54,198 nucleotides of DNA from Porticoccaceae bacterium (GTDB taxonomy: Bacteria > Pseudomonadota > Gammaproteobacteria > Pseudomonadales > Porticoccaceae), in the NCBI GenBank assembly GCA_040235495.1, contig JBECKV010000147.1:1-54198 (forward strand), read 5' to 3'. This document shows positions 11,239 to 21,887 of the stretch, piece by piece. Numbering within the stretch: position 1 is the stretch's first letter; every line of letters starts with the position of its first letter. Both the position numbers and the translations under genes were made by a program. The notes beneath the pieces are model-generated. The model made no database searches and was not told the DNA's origin. It was given only the letters and a program-made list of their open reading frames with translations.

Positions 11239-11748
11239 GTGAAAAGGTATCTAGTCGCGGTAGTTTGTCTTTTGACACTCAGTGCAGGCGTTTTGGCGGA
11301 AACCAAGATCGCGGTGGTGGATGTGGGGCGCGCTATTTTCAGCACGGAATTGGCGAAAAAGCGGCAGACGGAAATGCAGGCGGGTTCGGAATTTTCGATT
11401 CAACAGGCTAAATACGACAGCCTGGCCGCGGATATGAAGGCGTTGCAAAAGGAAATCGAGGGTAAGGCCATGACCCTGTCCAAGGAACAGGCGGGTGAGT
11501 ACCAGAAAAAAATGGAGTATCTGCGTGCTGATCTGGAACTGGTGTCGAGAAAACTCCAGGCGGAGATCCAGTCTCTGCAAAACCGTATCATGGAAGAATT
11601 ACAACCCAAGGTTCAGGAGGCGGTGAAGGAACTCGTCACCGAGGAAAAGATCACCCTGCTGTTGCAGCGTGAAGCGGTTATTTCCGCGACGCCGGAAATG
11701 GATCTCACTTCCAAGTTGATCGATCGGCTAAATAGCAAGTCCAGATAA
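11239..11748 (+). CDS. skp: Periplasmic chaperone Skp (OmpH family)
   Basis: GTG at 11239 preceded by AAAAGGGGA. Signal peptide 'VKRYLVAVVCLLTLSAGVLA'. Coiled-coil-rich basic protein between bamA and lpxD. Confidence 0.85.
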   Translation: MKRYLVAVVCLLTLSAGVLAETKIAVVDVGRAIFSTELAKKRQTEMQAGSEFSIQQAKYDSLAADMKALQKEIEGKAMTLSKEQAGEYQKKMEYLRADLELVSRKLQAEIQSLQNRIMEELQPKVQEAVKELVTEEKITLLLQREAVISATPEMDLTSKLIDRLNSKSR

Positions 11749-11923
11749 ACCGCAAGCGTTTTCCGGTTGCCATGGGCGCGATGCTTGCCACCAGCTTCAG
11801 GCTGTGGGAGAGGGTTGTCACACCGGTTGGACAGAGGAGCACGGCACCCGAGGCGTCGAACGGATATGGCCGCCTGGTTCAGATGCCAGGGAGGCGTGGA
11901 TTCCTAATCGGGGGTATACCGGC

Positions 11924-12943
11924 ATGAGTCGTTCCTTAAGCTTACGGGATTGCGCCGATATCCTCGGGGCGCAACTGCAAGGTGATCCGGATTGCCTGAT
12001 TACCGGACTCAACTCCCTTCAGGATGCCGGGCCCGGGGATCTGACCTTTCTTGCCAATCAGTCCTACCGGCAGCTGCTCACGACAACCCGGGCGGCCGCA
12101 GTAATTCTCGGACCGGGCGATACCGCGCAGTATCAGGGAAATGCCTTGGTGTTAAAAAATCCCTACGTCGGTTACGCACGCATGACCGCGCATTTCGATA
12201 CGGCGCCGGTTTCGGCGCCCGGCAGACACCCCAGCGCGGTGGTCGCCGACAGCGCCTCGGTAGCGGCGCAGGCCAGTATCGGACCCTTTGTGGTGATCGG
12301 CGAGCGAGTGGCGATCGCCGCGGGTACCGTGATCGGCGCCGGAACCTTTATCGGCGACGACACAAAGATTGGCGCAAATACCTATATTGCCGCTAATGTC
12401 AGCATCTATCACGGCGTCAGCATCGGTGCCGACTGCCGTATACACAGCGGCGCCGTGATTGGCGCGGACGGTTTTGGCTTTGCCAATGACGGTGGTCAAT
12501 GGGTCAAGATTCACCAACTGGGTGGTGTAAAAATAGGTGACCGGGTGGAAATAGGCGCCTGCACCACGATCGATCGCGGCGCTATCGGCGACACCCAGAT
12601 CGATAATGGCGTGGTGCTCGATAACCATGTACAAATCGCCCACAACGTCAAGGTAGGAGAGAATACGGCGATGGCCGCTTACGTCGGTATCGCCGGTAGC
12701 ACTACAATTGGTAAAAACTGCATATTTGCCGGCCAGGCAGGCGCCGTTGGTCATGTCACCATCGGCGATAATGTTCAGGTCATGGCACGCACCGCGGTGT
12801 CTAAATCCATTGATAAGCCCGGTTCCTACTCTTCCGGCATTCACATGTACGAAACCGCTAAATGGCGAAAAAACGCCGCCCGCTTCGGCCAGCTAGACGA
12901 CCTGGCGCGCCGTCTGAAAGCCCTTGAGCAAAAGCTGAAATAG
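11924..12943 (+). CDS. lpxD: UDP-3-O-acylglucosamine N-acyltransferase
   Basis: Left-handed beta-helix hexapeptide repeats. N-terminus 'MSRSLSLRDCADILGAQLQGD'. The ORF-track start at 11804 is an extension. Confidence 0.95.
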   Translation: MSRSLSLRDCADILGAQLQGDPDCLITGLNSLQDAGPGDLTFLANQSYRQLLTTTRAAAVILGPGDTAQYQGNALVLKNPYVGYARMTAHFDTAPVSAPGRHPSAVVADSASVAAQASIGPFVVIGERVAIAAGTVIGAGTFIGDDTKIGANTYIAANVSIYHGVSIGADCRIHSGAVIGADGFGFANDGGQWVKIHQLGGVKIGDRVEIGACTTIDRGAIGDTQIDNGVVLDNHVQIAHNVKVGENTAMAAYVGIAGSTTIGKNCIFAGQAGAVGHVTIGDNVQVMARTAVSKSIDKPGSYSSGIHMYETAKWRKNAARFGQLDDLARRLKALEQKLK

Positions 12944-12976
12944 CGGCCCGATCCTTTTTCAAGACTGAGAGTCGCG

Positions 12977-13420
12977 ATGCGAATTGAAGATATCAAAAAG
13001 CTCCTGCCCCACCGTTACCCCTACCTGCTCGTGGATCGGGTGGTTGAACTGGAACTGGGAAAACGTATCCTCGCCTACAAGAATATCACTGCGAACGAGG
13101 AGGTATTTAACGGCCATTTTCCCGAGGAGCCGATTTTCCCGGGGGTGATGATTATCGAAGCCATGGCGCAGGCGGCAGGCATCCTGGGCTTTGCTACGGT
13201 GAACAAACAGCCCGAAGATAATGCACTCTATCTTTTTGCCGGTGTCGATGGCGTGCGCTTCAAGCGCCCGGTGGTACCCGGAGACAAATTAATGCTGGAA
13301 GCAGAGATCGACTCCGGCAAGCGAAACATCTGGCGTTTCAATTGTCGCGCCACGGTGGATGGACAGCTCACTTGTCAGGCGACGATTCTCTGCGCCCTGC
13401 AGGGTTTTAATAAACCATGA
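12977..13420 (+). CDS. fabZ: 3-hydroxyacyl-ACP dehydratase FabZ
   Basis: '[14 protein letters not shown]' and '[22 protein letters not shown]' are hot-dog-fold signatures. Confidence 0.97.
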   Translation: MRIEDIKKLLPHRYPYLLVDRVVELELGKRILAYKNITANEEVFNGHFPEEPIFPGVMIIEAMAQAAGILGFATVNKQPEDNALYLFAGVDGVRFKRPVVPGDKLMLEAEIDSGKRNIWRFNCRATVDGQLTCQATILCALQGFNKP

Positions 13421-14193
13421 CCACGATTCACCCCACCGCTGTCATTGATCCTGCCGCTGAACTGGGCAAGGGCGTTGAGATCGGGCCGCTGTCGGTGATA
13501 GGGCCGGGGGTGACCATTGGCGAAGGCACGGTGGTCGAGTCCCATGTGGTGATCAAGGGCCCCACCGAAATCGGTCGAGATAATCACATATTTCAGTTCG
13601 CCACCATCGGTGAAAATACCCCTGACATGAAGTACAAGGGCGAGCCGACCCGCCTGGTTATCGGTGATCGCAATATTTTTCGCGAGGGCGTGACCGCCCA
13701 TCGGGGTACGGTTCAGGATCGGGGTGAAACCCGGGTCGGCAACGACAATCTGTTCATGGCCTACGTCCACATTGGACACGATTGCGTGGTCGGCAATCAT
13801 ACGATTTTTGTCAACAACGCCTCAATTTCTGGCCACATTCACGTGGGCGACTGGGCGTTTTTATCCGGCTATACCCTGATCCACCAGTTTGTTCGCATTG
13901 GCCCCTATTCCTTTCTCGGCGCCGGCGCTTACCTGAATCAGGATTTGCCCGCCTATGTCATGGCCGCCGGTCACCCGGCAGTGCCTCGTACCATTAATAA
14001 GGTCGGTCTGGAGCGTCGGGGTTTTAGCAAGGAACAGATCGCGGCTATCAGCAAAGCCTACAAAATTTTTTACCGCCGCGGTTTGAAACAGGAAGAGGCC
14101 CTGGCCCAGCTGGAGTCCGAATCGAAACATCGGGATGTACTCAAGCCCTTCATCGATTCCATCCGCGATTCCCAACGCGGCGTAATTCGCTAG
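13417..14193 (+). CDS. lpxA: Acyl-ACP--UDP-N-acetylglucosamine O-acyltransferase
   Basis: N-terminus '[21 protein letters not shown]' with hexapeptide repeats. ATGA overlap with fabZ. Confidence 0.97.
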   Translation: MTTIHPTAVIDPAAELGKGVEIGPLSVIGPGVTIGEGTVVESHVVIKGPTEIGRDNHIFQFATIGENTPDMKYKGEPTRLVIGDRNIFREGVTAHRGTVQDRGETRVGNDNLFMAYVHIGHDCVVGNHTIFVNNASISGHIHVGDWAFLSGYTLIHQFVRIGPYSFLGAGAYLNQDLPAYVMAAGHPAVPRTINKVGLERRGFSKEQIAAISKAYKIFYRRGLKQEEALAQLESESKHRDVLKPFIDSIRDSQRGVIR

Positions 14194-14200
14194 TTTCACA

Positions 14201-15370
14201 ATGAACTCCAGCGATCCCCGCATTGGTCTGGTAGCCGGGGAAATGTCCGGGGATCGGCTAGGCGCTTCGCTGATGTCAGCTGTGCGGGAAAGGATGCCGG
14301 AGGTCCAATTTGAAGGTGTTGGTGGACCCCTGATGAAGGCAGCGGGGCTGGTCTCGCTCTATCCGATGGAAGCCTTATCGGTGATGGGTCTGGTAGAGCC
14401 GTTAAAACACCTCCCTGAATTGCTGCGCATCAGGCGCGGTTTGGTACGGCATTTTCTTGCCCGGCCGCCGGAGGTTTTTATCGGTATTGACGCGCCGGAT
14501 TTTAATCTTGGGCTGGAATTGAAGCTGCGCCGCGCGGGCATCAAAACCACCCACTATGTCAGCCCTTCGGTGTGGGCCTGGCGACAGGGACGGATTAAAA
14601 AAATCGCTCGTGCCGTTGATCTGATGCTCACACTTTTGCCCTTTGAAGCGGACTTTTACCGCCAGCACCGCGTGCCGGTGACCTTTGTTGGCCACCCGCT
14701 GGCGGACGAGTTGCCCTTGGTTCCAGATCGGAAAGCGGCCCGGGCGGCTCTCGATGTGACTCTCGATGAAGCGCCTGTGCTGGCGATATTGCCTGGCAGT
14801 CGCAAGGGTGAAATAGAGCACTTGGGCCGCCTGTTTCTGGAAACAGCCCGGTACTGTCTGCTAACACTGCCATCACTGAGGTTTTTGATTCCGGCGGCAA
14901 ACGCGGCCAGGCGTCAGCAACTCGACGGGCTGATCAGAGATTTTCCGGACTTGCCTGTTCAGGTGTTCGATGGCCGGTCTCATGACGTCATGGCCGCCGC
15001 GGATGCAGTATTGCTCGCTTCCGGTACTACCGCCCTTGAAGCGATGTTGTTAAAAAAGCCCATGGTAGTGAGCTATAAAACCGGCTGGCTCAGTCACGCC
15101 ATCATTTCGCGCATGTTGAAAGTGCCCTATGTTTCCCTGCCCAACCTGCTGGCCGGGGAGGCACTGGTCCCTGAACTGCTGCAAAAAGACGCGACGGTGG
15201 AGCGGTTGAGCGAGCAGGTGCTTATGGCATTGGCGGCATCCGAGCAGCGTGGAGCGGTTCTTGAGCGCTTTACCGAGTTGCATCGACAATTGCAAGGTGA
15301 CCCGGGCCAACGGGCGGCGGATGCGGTGCTGTCCCTGGCCGGTGCCGGAACGGAGAAAACAGGCGATTAA
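14201..15370 (+). CDS. lpxB: Lipid-A-disaccharide synthase
   Basis: '[15 protein letters not shown]' N-terminus and '[10 protein letters not shown]' motif. Conserved lpxA-lpxB-rnhB order. Confidence 0.95.
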   Translation: MNSSDPRIGLVAGEMSGDRLGASLMSAVRERMPEVQFEGVGGPLMKAAGLVSLYPMEALSVMGLVEPLKHLPELLRIRRGLVRHFLARPPEVFIGIDAPDFNLGLELKLRRAGIKTTHYVSPSVWAWRQGRIKKIARAVDLMLTLLPFEADFYRQHRVPVTFVGHPLADELPLVPDRKAARAALDVTLDEAPVLAILPGSRKGEIEHLGRLFLETARYCLLTLPSLRFLIPAANAARRQQLDGLIRDFPDLPVQVFDGRSHDVMAAADAVLLASGTTALEAMLLKKPMVVSYKTGWLSHAIISRMLKVPYVSLPNLLAGEALVPELLQKDATVERLSEQVLMALAASEQRGAVLERFTELHRQLQGDPGQRAADAVLSLAGAGTEKTGD

Positions 15371-15984
15371 TGGCTGTCGAGATTCCGTATCACGGTCGAC
15401 TACTGGCTGGCGTCGATGAAGCGGGTCGCGGTCCCCTGGCTGGCGGCGTGGTGGCCGCCGCGGTGATTCTCGACAAGGTCCGACCTGTCGCAGGTCTGGC
15501 GGATTCGAAAAAACTGCCTGCCTCCAGACGCGAGATGCTCGCCGAAGAGATTATTGCCAGGGCGCGCGCTTACGGTATCGGGCGCGCCAGCGTTGCTGAA
15601 ATCGACCGGATAAATATTCTGCAGGCCAGCCTGCTCGCCATGCGCAGGGCGGTGGCCGCCCTCGCCATACGGCCAGAATACGTGGTGGTCGATGGTAATC
15701 GCTGCCCGGACTGGGACCTGCCTTCGCGCGGCATCATTAAAGGCGATAGCAGGGTGGCGGCGATCAGCGCGGCGTCCATCCTGGCAAAGGTGGCGCGTGA
15801 CCGCGACATGCGTGCCCTCGATGAGGCCTGGCCGGGGTATGGCTTTGGCAGCCACAAAGGATATGGGACGCGGCGGCACTTGTCGGCGCTGGCGCGGCTA
15901 GGACCCTGTCCCGCCCATCGGCTCAGTTTTAAACCCGTGGCAGCCTGTCTGAAAAACGGCCACACATGGACAGTCAAGGACTGA
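15370..15984 (+). CDS. rnhB: Ribonuclease HII
   Basis: '[20 protein letters not shown]' active-site motif and 'DSKKL'. Its start overlaps the lpxB stop. Confidence 0.95.
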   Translation: MAVEIPYHGRLLAGVDEAGRGPLAGGVVAAAVILDKVRPVAGLADSKKLPASRREMLAEEIIARARAYGIGRASVAEIDRINILQASLLAMRRAVAALAIRPEYVVVDGNRCPDWDLPSRGIIKGDSRVAAISAASILAKVARDRDMRALDEAWPGYGFGSHKGYGTRRHLSALARLGPCPAHRLSFKPVAACLKNGHTWTVKD

Positions 15985-16154
15985 ATACGTACTAAACCCG
16001 TTGCATGCTGTTCATTGGTGCAGGAAAATCTAGTCATTTCGATGATCTTGCCAGCGGGTTGGGATGGGTGACCAAACGATGAGTCTCGGTGCAAACGACA
16101 GACATACGACTTACTCTTTGTCCACAGTCCCGTCGGGATAGCAGGAGCCTGGCG

Positions 16155-17234
16155 ATGAGTTATGCCAACATTACCGGCTGGGGCGCCTGCCTGCCGCCCG
16201 CCCGGCTCAGCAATATCGAGATTGCCGGCTTTATGGACACCTCCGACGAGTGGATCGTCGAACGTACGGGTATCAAAGTCAGACGCATCAGTCACGTCAC
16301 CAATGCCGAACTGGCCCACGTTGCCGCCAGCCGTGCACTCGCCTGCGCGGGTATCGCGCCGGAAGCGGTCGATGTCATTGCCTATGGCACGACCACGCCC
16401 GACGAGGTGATCCCCAATACGGCATCGATGTTGCAGTGCTCGTTGGCTGCCGCCAACGCCGCCTGCTTTGACCTCAACGCCGCCTGTACCGGGTTTTTAT
16501 ATGCGTTTAACTTCATGTCCGACATGATTCGAGGCGGCAGCGCAAAAACTATTCTGGTGGTCGGCTCGGAGCGGCTGAGTTCCTTGATGAACTGGTCTCG
16601 GCGCGATTCCGCTATCTTGTTTGGCGATGGTGCCGGTGCTCTGGTGCTTCAGGCCAGTGACCGGGAAAGCGGGTTTATGCGCGGCAAACTGGGCTGTATC
16701 CAGAATACACGTGAGCTATTGGCGATGCCCGATTTCGGTCTCCATGCCATTGCCCAACATCGACCCCTGGATATCACCCTGGACTTCCACGGCCGCGAGA
16801 TTTTTAAAAACGCGGTCACCGGCATGGCCAGCGCCTGCGAAGAGGTGCTTCGACAGGCTGGCCTGGGTGTCGATGATATCGACCTGATTATTCCCCATCA
16901 GGCCAACCAACGCATCATCGAGGCCCTTATCAAGCGCCTTGGCGGGGACATGTCCAGGGTCATTGTGACGCTCGAACGTTACGCCAACACGTCTACCAGC
17001 AGTATCCCCATCGCTCTCTGCGACGCCCTTGAGCAGGGCCGTGTCAAACCGGGAATGATCATTTTGTTCGCCGCGTTCGGCGCCGGCTTGACCTGGGGTG
17101 CGTCCCTGCTGAAATGGGGGGATCGAGTCGAGCCCCTGGGTGTTTCCGCCGCCGAACTGCCACCCACGGACAAAACCGGGCTGCAACTGGTCAAGGAAGC
17201 CATCGCCCTCCGGGAAGCGGCTGAGCGGCGCTAG
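16155..17234 (+). CDS. Beta-ketoacyl-ACP synthase III (FabH-like) with a ~38-aa C-terminal extension
   Basis: Collinear with E. coli FabH as I recall it. 'DTSDEWIVERTGI'. Cys in 'NAACTGFLYAF', His in 'IPHQANQRI', Asn in 'YANTSTSSIP'. It continues past the usual FabH end ('WGASLLKW') with 'GDRVEPLGV...REAAERR'. Confidence 0.85.
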   Translation: MSYANITGWGACLPPARLSNIEIAGFMDTSDEWIVERTGIKVRRISHVTNAELAHVAASRALACAGIAPEAVDVIAYGTTTPDEVIPNTASMLQCSLAAANAACFDLNAACTGFLYAFNFMSDMIRGGSAKTILVVGSERLSSLMNWSRRDSAILFGDGAGALVLQASDRESGFMRGKLGCIQNTRELLAMPDFGLHAIAQHRPLDITLDFHGREIFKNAVTGMASACEEVLRQAGLGVDDIDLIIPHQANQRIIEALIKRLGGDMSRVIVTLERYANTSTSSIPIALCDALEQGRVKPGMIILFAAFGAGLTWGASLLKWGDRVEPLGVSAAELPPTDKTGLQLVKEAIALREAAERR

Positions 17235-17306
17235 GGAAACCGTGCGGGAATCGATTTTCAACTCCGTGCCGGGACTGGCCCCCTCCTTGGGGATGCCGGC
17301 GGTATC

Positions 17307-20300
17307 ATGAGTTCACCGTCTTTTGTTCACCTGCGCCTGCACAGTGAATATTCACTGGTCGATGGCACCATCAACGTAAATCCTCTGGTCGAATGCGTTC
17401 AGTCGCTGGGCATGCCCGCGGTCGCCATTACCGATGTCGCCAATCTGTTTGCCCTGGTCAAGTTTTATCGCGCGACCCAGCAGCAGGGCATCAAGGCGAT
17501 ATGCGGCGCCGACGTGCAGGTGCGGGGCGAGGTGGAGGATCAGCAAAGCGCCACCCTCACCCTGTTGGTGCAAAATACCACGGGCTACCGCAATCTCACG
17601 CGGCTGTTGTCAAAAGGGTATCTTGAAGGTCAGATCCAGGGACGACCGACGGTCAGGCGCGAATGGATAGAAACTTTTTCCGAGGGACTGATAGCGTTGT
17701 CAGGGTTTCGGGGCGAACTGGGTCCCGCCCTGATCGCCGGACGCAATGATCAGGCCGAGTCCATCCTGCGATACTGGCGGAACATTTTCCCCGATCGCTT
17801 ATATCTCGAGCTGACGCGCACTGGTCGTAGTGGCGAGGAGGCGTTCGTTCACGCGGCGGTGGCGCTGGCTATTCGGCACGACTGCCCGGTGGTGGCCACC
17901 AACGATGTGCGTTTTCTGACAGAAGCCGATTACGAAGCTCATGAGGCTCGGGTCTGTATCAGCGAAGGCCGGACACTCGATGACCCGCGCCGGGAGCGCC
18001 GTTACAGTAGCCAACAGTATTTGCGCTCGCCGGAAGAAATGCGCGCCCTTTTTGAAGATCTCCCCGAAGCCCTGGTTAACAGCGTCGAAATCGCCAAACG
18101 CTGCACGCTGGAGCTGGAGCTGGATGTGCCCAAGTTGCCCGACTATCCGGTGCCCGACGGGCTCGACACTGATCAGTATTTTCGCCGCTTAGCCCATGAG
18201 GGACTCGAGCGCAGGCTGACAACGATGGCTGTTCTGGCGCCGGATGCCAGCCGCAAGGACTACCTCGACCGGCTGGATTGGGAGTTGAATACCATCACCG
18301 GCATGGGCTTTGCCGGCTACTTCCTGATTGTCATGGACTTTATCCGCTGGGCCAAGGAAAACCGTATTCCCGTGGGACCGGGGCGCGGCTCCGGCGCCGG
18401 ATCCCTGGTGGCTTTCGCCCTTGATATCACCGGCCTTGATCCACTGCGATACGATTTACTGTTCGAGCGCTTTCTCAATCCCGAACGCGTGTCCATGCCT
18501 GACTTCGATATCGACTTCTGCATGGAAAATCGCGACCGCGTAATTGCCTACGTCGCCGAGCGCTATGGCCGGGACGCGGTCTCCCAGATCATCACTTTCG
18601 GCACCATGGCCGCCAAGGCCGTGGTCCGGGACGTGGCGCGGGTGCAGGGCAAGGCCTATGGTCTCGCCGACAAGCTGTCCAAGCTGATTCCCCTGGAAAT
18701 CGGCATGACCCTGGCCAGGGCCCGGGAGCAGGAGGAAGTTCTGGAAGATTTCCTCAGCCAGGATGAGGAGGCCGAGGAAATCTGGACCATGGCCCTGCAG
18801 TTGGAGGGCATTGCCCGTAACGCCGGAAAACACGCCGGTGGCGTGGTTATCGCGCCCACCGAATTGACCGACTTTTCGCCACTGTTCTGCGACGAAGCCG
18901 GCTCCGGAGTGGTGACCCAATTCGACAAGGACGACGTCGAAGCGGTGGGCCTGGTCAAATTCGATTTCCTGGGCCTGCGTACACTGACCATCATCGACTG
19001 GGCGCTGAACAGCGTCAACGCCAGGCGAGAGCGCCAGGGCCTGGGTCCGGTGGATATCGAACAGTTGCCCCTGGATGACGCTGCCACCTACGAGTTGATG
19101 CGGCGGGCTGAAACCACCGCGGTTTTCCAGCTTGAATCCCGCGGCATCAAGGACCTGATCAAACGGCTGCAACCGAGCCGTTTCGAGGACATTATTGCAC
19201 TGGTGGCGCTGTTCCGGCCCGGTCCCCTGCAGTCCGGCATGGTGGATGATTTTATCAATCGCAAACACGGTCGCGAACCGCTGGCCTATCCCCACCCGAG
19301 GTACCAGCACGAAGCCCTCAAGCCGGTGCTTGAGCCCACCTACGGCATTATTCTGTATCAGGAGCAGGTCATGCAGATCGCCCAGGTGCTGGGTGGTTAT
19401 ACCCTGGGTGGCGCGGACCTGCTGCGCCGGGCCATGGGCAAGAAAAAACCCGAGGAAATGGCCCGCCAGCGGGAAATTTTTCTTAACGGCGCGGCGGGAA
19501 ACGCCATAGACAGTAACCTGGCGGAAAATATTTTCGACCTGATGGAAAAATTTGCCGGCTACGGCTTCAACAAGTCGCACTCGGCCGCCTACGCCCTGTT
19601 GGCTTACCAGACGGCCTGGCTCAAGGCGCATTATCCGGCGGAGTTCATGGCCGCCGTACTGTCGGCGGACATGCAAAACACCGACAAGATCGTGGTGTTA
19701 AAGGACGAGTGCAAGCGTATGGGTCTGATGGTGGCGGCGCCCAACGTCAACGAAGGTGCTTTCCGATTCCTGCCCGCCAGCGAAGCTGAAGTGGTTTATG
19801 GCCTGGGCGCGATCAAGGGACTGGGCGAGGGGCCGGTGGAAAATATTCTGGCGGCGCGGCAAGCAGGAGGCCCATTCCAGGATCTGTTTGATTTTTGCGC
19901 CAGAGTGGACGGGCGCAAGGTGAACAAGCGGGCTCTGGAGGCACTGATCAGCTCCGGGGCAATGGATAGTCTCGGTCCAAACCCGGACGATCTCGATTAC
20001 AGTCGCGCGGTCATGCTGGCGTCAATGGATGAGGCAATCAAGGCGGCCGATCAGCAGAATCGCAATAGTGACTGCGGCATCAGTGACCTGTTTGGAGACA
20101 ATCTCGCTGAAAATGCGCCTGAAATTGGCTATGGGGCGTTTGCCGACACTCGGCGCCTGAGCCTCGGCGAACGACTTCAGGGGGAGCAGGATACCCTGGG
20201 TCTCTATTTTAGTGCCCACCCGGTCGATCAATATGTCGGTGAACTCGAACAAGTGGTCGGCGGACGGCTGAATGCGCTCAAGCCCTCCGACAAAAGCCAG

Positions 20301-20798
20301 CGCGCGGCAGGTCTGGTGGTGGGCGTGCGTGCAATTAAAACCCGCAGGGGCGACGTCATGGGGGTGCTGAGCCTTGACGACAACAGTGCGAGAATCGAAG
20401 TCACTGTCTTTGCGGAGCAATTTCGCCAGTATCGGGACAAAATAAATAAAGGCGCCGTAGTGGTGGTCGAGGGCTTGGTTAGCGAAGATGACTATACCGG
20501 TGGTGTTAAAATGCGCGCGGACCATGTGCAGCCCCTGTTTGAAGCCCGTCAGGCCCTGTTGAAGGGTCTCCTGATCGACTGGCGTGGACTGACCAAAGCG
20601 CAGGGCGGACTCGATGCCCTGAGCAGGATTCTCGAGCGCTATCGTGGTGGCACCTGCCCTTTGAAAATACGCTATAGTCGCGGCGATGCGGAAGGCGAGG
20701 TGCGGTTGTCGGATGACTGGGCGGTCAGGCCCGACGATGAATTGCTACATTACTTGCGCGATGCCTATGGTGAGGATCATCTGGCCATGGAGTATTGA
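17307..20798 (+). CDS. dnaE: DNA polymerase III alpha subunit
   Basis: 1163 aa. PHP-domain N-terminus 'FVHLRLHSEYSLVDG', 'PDFDIDFC' and 'FNKSHSAAYA' motifs. Confidence 0.98.
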   Translation: MSSPSFVHLRLHSEYSLVDGTINVNPLVECVQSLGMPAVAITDVANLFALVKFYRATQQQGIKAICGADVQVRGEVEDQQSATLTLLVQNTTGYRNLTRLLSKGYLEGQIQGRPTVRREWIETFSEGLIALSGFRGELGPALIAGRNDQAESILRYWRNIFPDRLYLELTRTGRSGEEAFVHAAVALAIRHDCPVVATNDVRFLTEADYEAHEARVCISEGRTLDDPRRERRYSSQQYLRSPEEMRALFEDLPEALVNSVEIAKRCTLELELDVPKLPDYPVPDGLDTDQYFRRLAHEGLERRLTTMAVLAPDASRKDYLDRLDWELNTITGMGFAGYFLIVMDFIRWAKENRIPVGPGRGSGAGSLVAFALDITGLDPLRYDLLFERFLNPERVSMPDFDIDFCMENRDRVIAYVAERYGRDAVSQIITFGTMAAKAVVRDVARVQGKAYGLADKLSKLIPLEIGMTLARAREQEEVLEDFLSQDEEAEEIWTMALQLEGIARNAGKHAGGVVIAPTELTDFSPLFCDEAGSGVVTQFDKDDVEAVGLVKFDFLGLRTLTIIDWALNSVNARRERQGLGPVDIEQLPLDDAATYELMRRAETTAVFQLESRGIKDLIKRLQPSRFEDIIALVALFRPGPLQSGMVDDFINRKHGREPLAYPHPRYQHEALKPVLEPTYGIILYQEQVMQIAQVLGGYTLGGADLLRRAMGKKKPEEMARQREIFLNGAAGNAIDSNLAENIFDLMEKFAGYGFNKSHSAAYALLAYQTAWLKAHYPAEFMAAVLSADMQNTDKIVVLKDECKRMGLMVAAPNVNEGAFRFLPASEAEVVYGLGAIKGLGEGPVENILAARQAGGPFQDLFDFCARVDGRKVNKRALEALISSGAMDSLGPNPDDLDYSRAVMLASMDEAIKAADQQNRNSDCGISDLFGDNLAENAPEIGYGAFADTRRLSLGERLQGEQDTLGLYFSAHPVDQYVGELEQVVGGRLNALKPSDKSQRAAGLVVGVRAIKTRRGDVMGVLSLDDNSARIEVTVFAEQFRQYRDKINKGAVVVVEGLVSEDDYTGGVKMRADHVQPLFEARQALLKGLLIDWRGLTKAQGGLDALSRILERYRGGTCPLKIRYSRGDAEGEVRLSDDWAVRPDDELLHYLRDAYGEDHLAMEY

Positions 20799-20899
20799 AT
20801 GCGCGTCTCGGACCTGTTCTGATAACCCACTCCTGTCGGTTACACTGAGGGCACGTAGCGGGCGCACTCGCCCTGTTCCGTGGTTTGGGAAAAGTGAAT

Positions 20900-21850
20900 A
20901 TGAATCTCGATTACCTGGATTTTGAGCAGCCAATTGCCGAGCTCGAAGCCAAAATTGAAGAATTAAAACTGGTTGGCAATGACAATGAGCTAAACATTGC
21001 CGAAGAAGTGCAAAAGCTCAGTGAAAAATCCCGCAGGCTGACCCAGAGTATCTACGCCAAGCTCTCGCCGTGGCAGATTGTGCAGGTAGCGCGCCACCCC
21101 CTGCGGCCTCACAGTGAAGATTACATCAGCCGTGTCTTCACCGATTTTGATCAGCTTCACGGCGACCGCCAGTTTGCCGATGACAAGGCCATCGTCGGTG
21201 GTGTCGCCCGTCTCGATGACAAGCCGGTGATGGTGATTGGCGAGGAGAAGGGACGTGGTGTCACTGAAAAGGTGAGGCGTAATTTCGGCATGCCCAAGCC
21301 GGAAGGTTATCGCAAGGCCCTGCGGCTGATGGAAATGGCCGAGCGGTTCAGAATGCCTGTTCTGACGCTGATCGATACACCCGGCGCCTACCCCGGTATC
21401 GATTCGGAAGAGCGAGGCATCAGTGAGTCCATCGCCCGCAACCTGGCCGTGATGTCCCGTCTGAAAACGCCGATTGTGGCAACGGTTATCGGCGAGGGTA
21501 GCTCGGGCGGCGCCATTGCCATCGGTGTGGGTGACTGGTTGAACATGCTCCAGTACTCGACCTATTTTGTGATTTCCCCCGAGGGCTGTGCCAATATCAT
21601 CTGGAAGACTGCTGAAAAAGCGCCCCTGGCCGCCGAAGCCATGGGCGTTACCTCTTCGGTATTACAGGAGCTGGGTATTGTCGATGAAACCATTCCCGAG
21701 CCCCTGGGTGGTTCGCACCGGGACGTGGATACCATGGCCGCTACCCTGCGCGAGCGTTTGGTCGAACAGGTGGATCGCCTGCGCGGCGAGCCGCTGGATA
21801 GTCTGCTGGAAAAACGCTTCGACCGATTGATGAGTTACGGCAACGCCTAA
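20900..21850 (+). CDS. accA: Acetyl-CoA carboxylase carboxyltransferase alpha subunit
   Basis: '[22 protein letters not shown]' N-terminus and '[16 protein letters not shown]' motif. The ATG at 20900 is preferred over the TTG at 20885. Confidence 0.97.
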   Translation: MNLDYLDFEQPIAELEAKIEELKLVGNDNELNIAEEVQKLSEKSRRLTQSIYAKLSPWQIVQVARHPLRPHSEDYISRVFTDFDQLHGDRQFADDKAIVGGVARLDDKPVMVIGEEKGRGVTEKVRRNFGMPKPEGYRKALRLMEMAERFRMPVLTLIDTPGAYPGIDSEERGISESIARNLAVMSRLKTPIVATVIGEGSSGGAIAIGVGDWLNMLQYSTYFVISPEGCANIIWKTAEKAPLAAEAMGVTSSVLQELGIVDETIPEPLGGSHRDVDTMAATLRERLVEQVDRLRGEPLDSLLEKRFDRLMSYGNA

Positions 21851-21887
21851 ATGACCCGCTGGCGGTCGCCGGAAACCGAAGGCAGCG

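Noticed and set aside
18456-19676. Long antisense ORFs (406 aa opposite dnaE). Similar cases are 15570-16319(-), 10350-11039(-), 12152-12844(-), 24352-25191(-), 46108-46998(-), 35525-36217(+), 36293-37060(+) and 37365-38240(-).
   Set aside because: Each lies wholly inside a confidently identified gene on the other strand. Their translations are low-complexity, Arg/Gly/Ala/His-rich products with no recognisable motifs. These are typical shadow ORFs of G+C-rich DNA.
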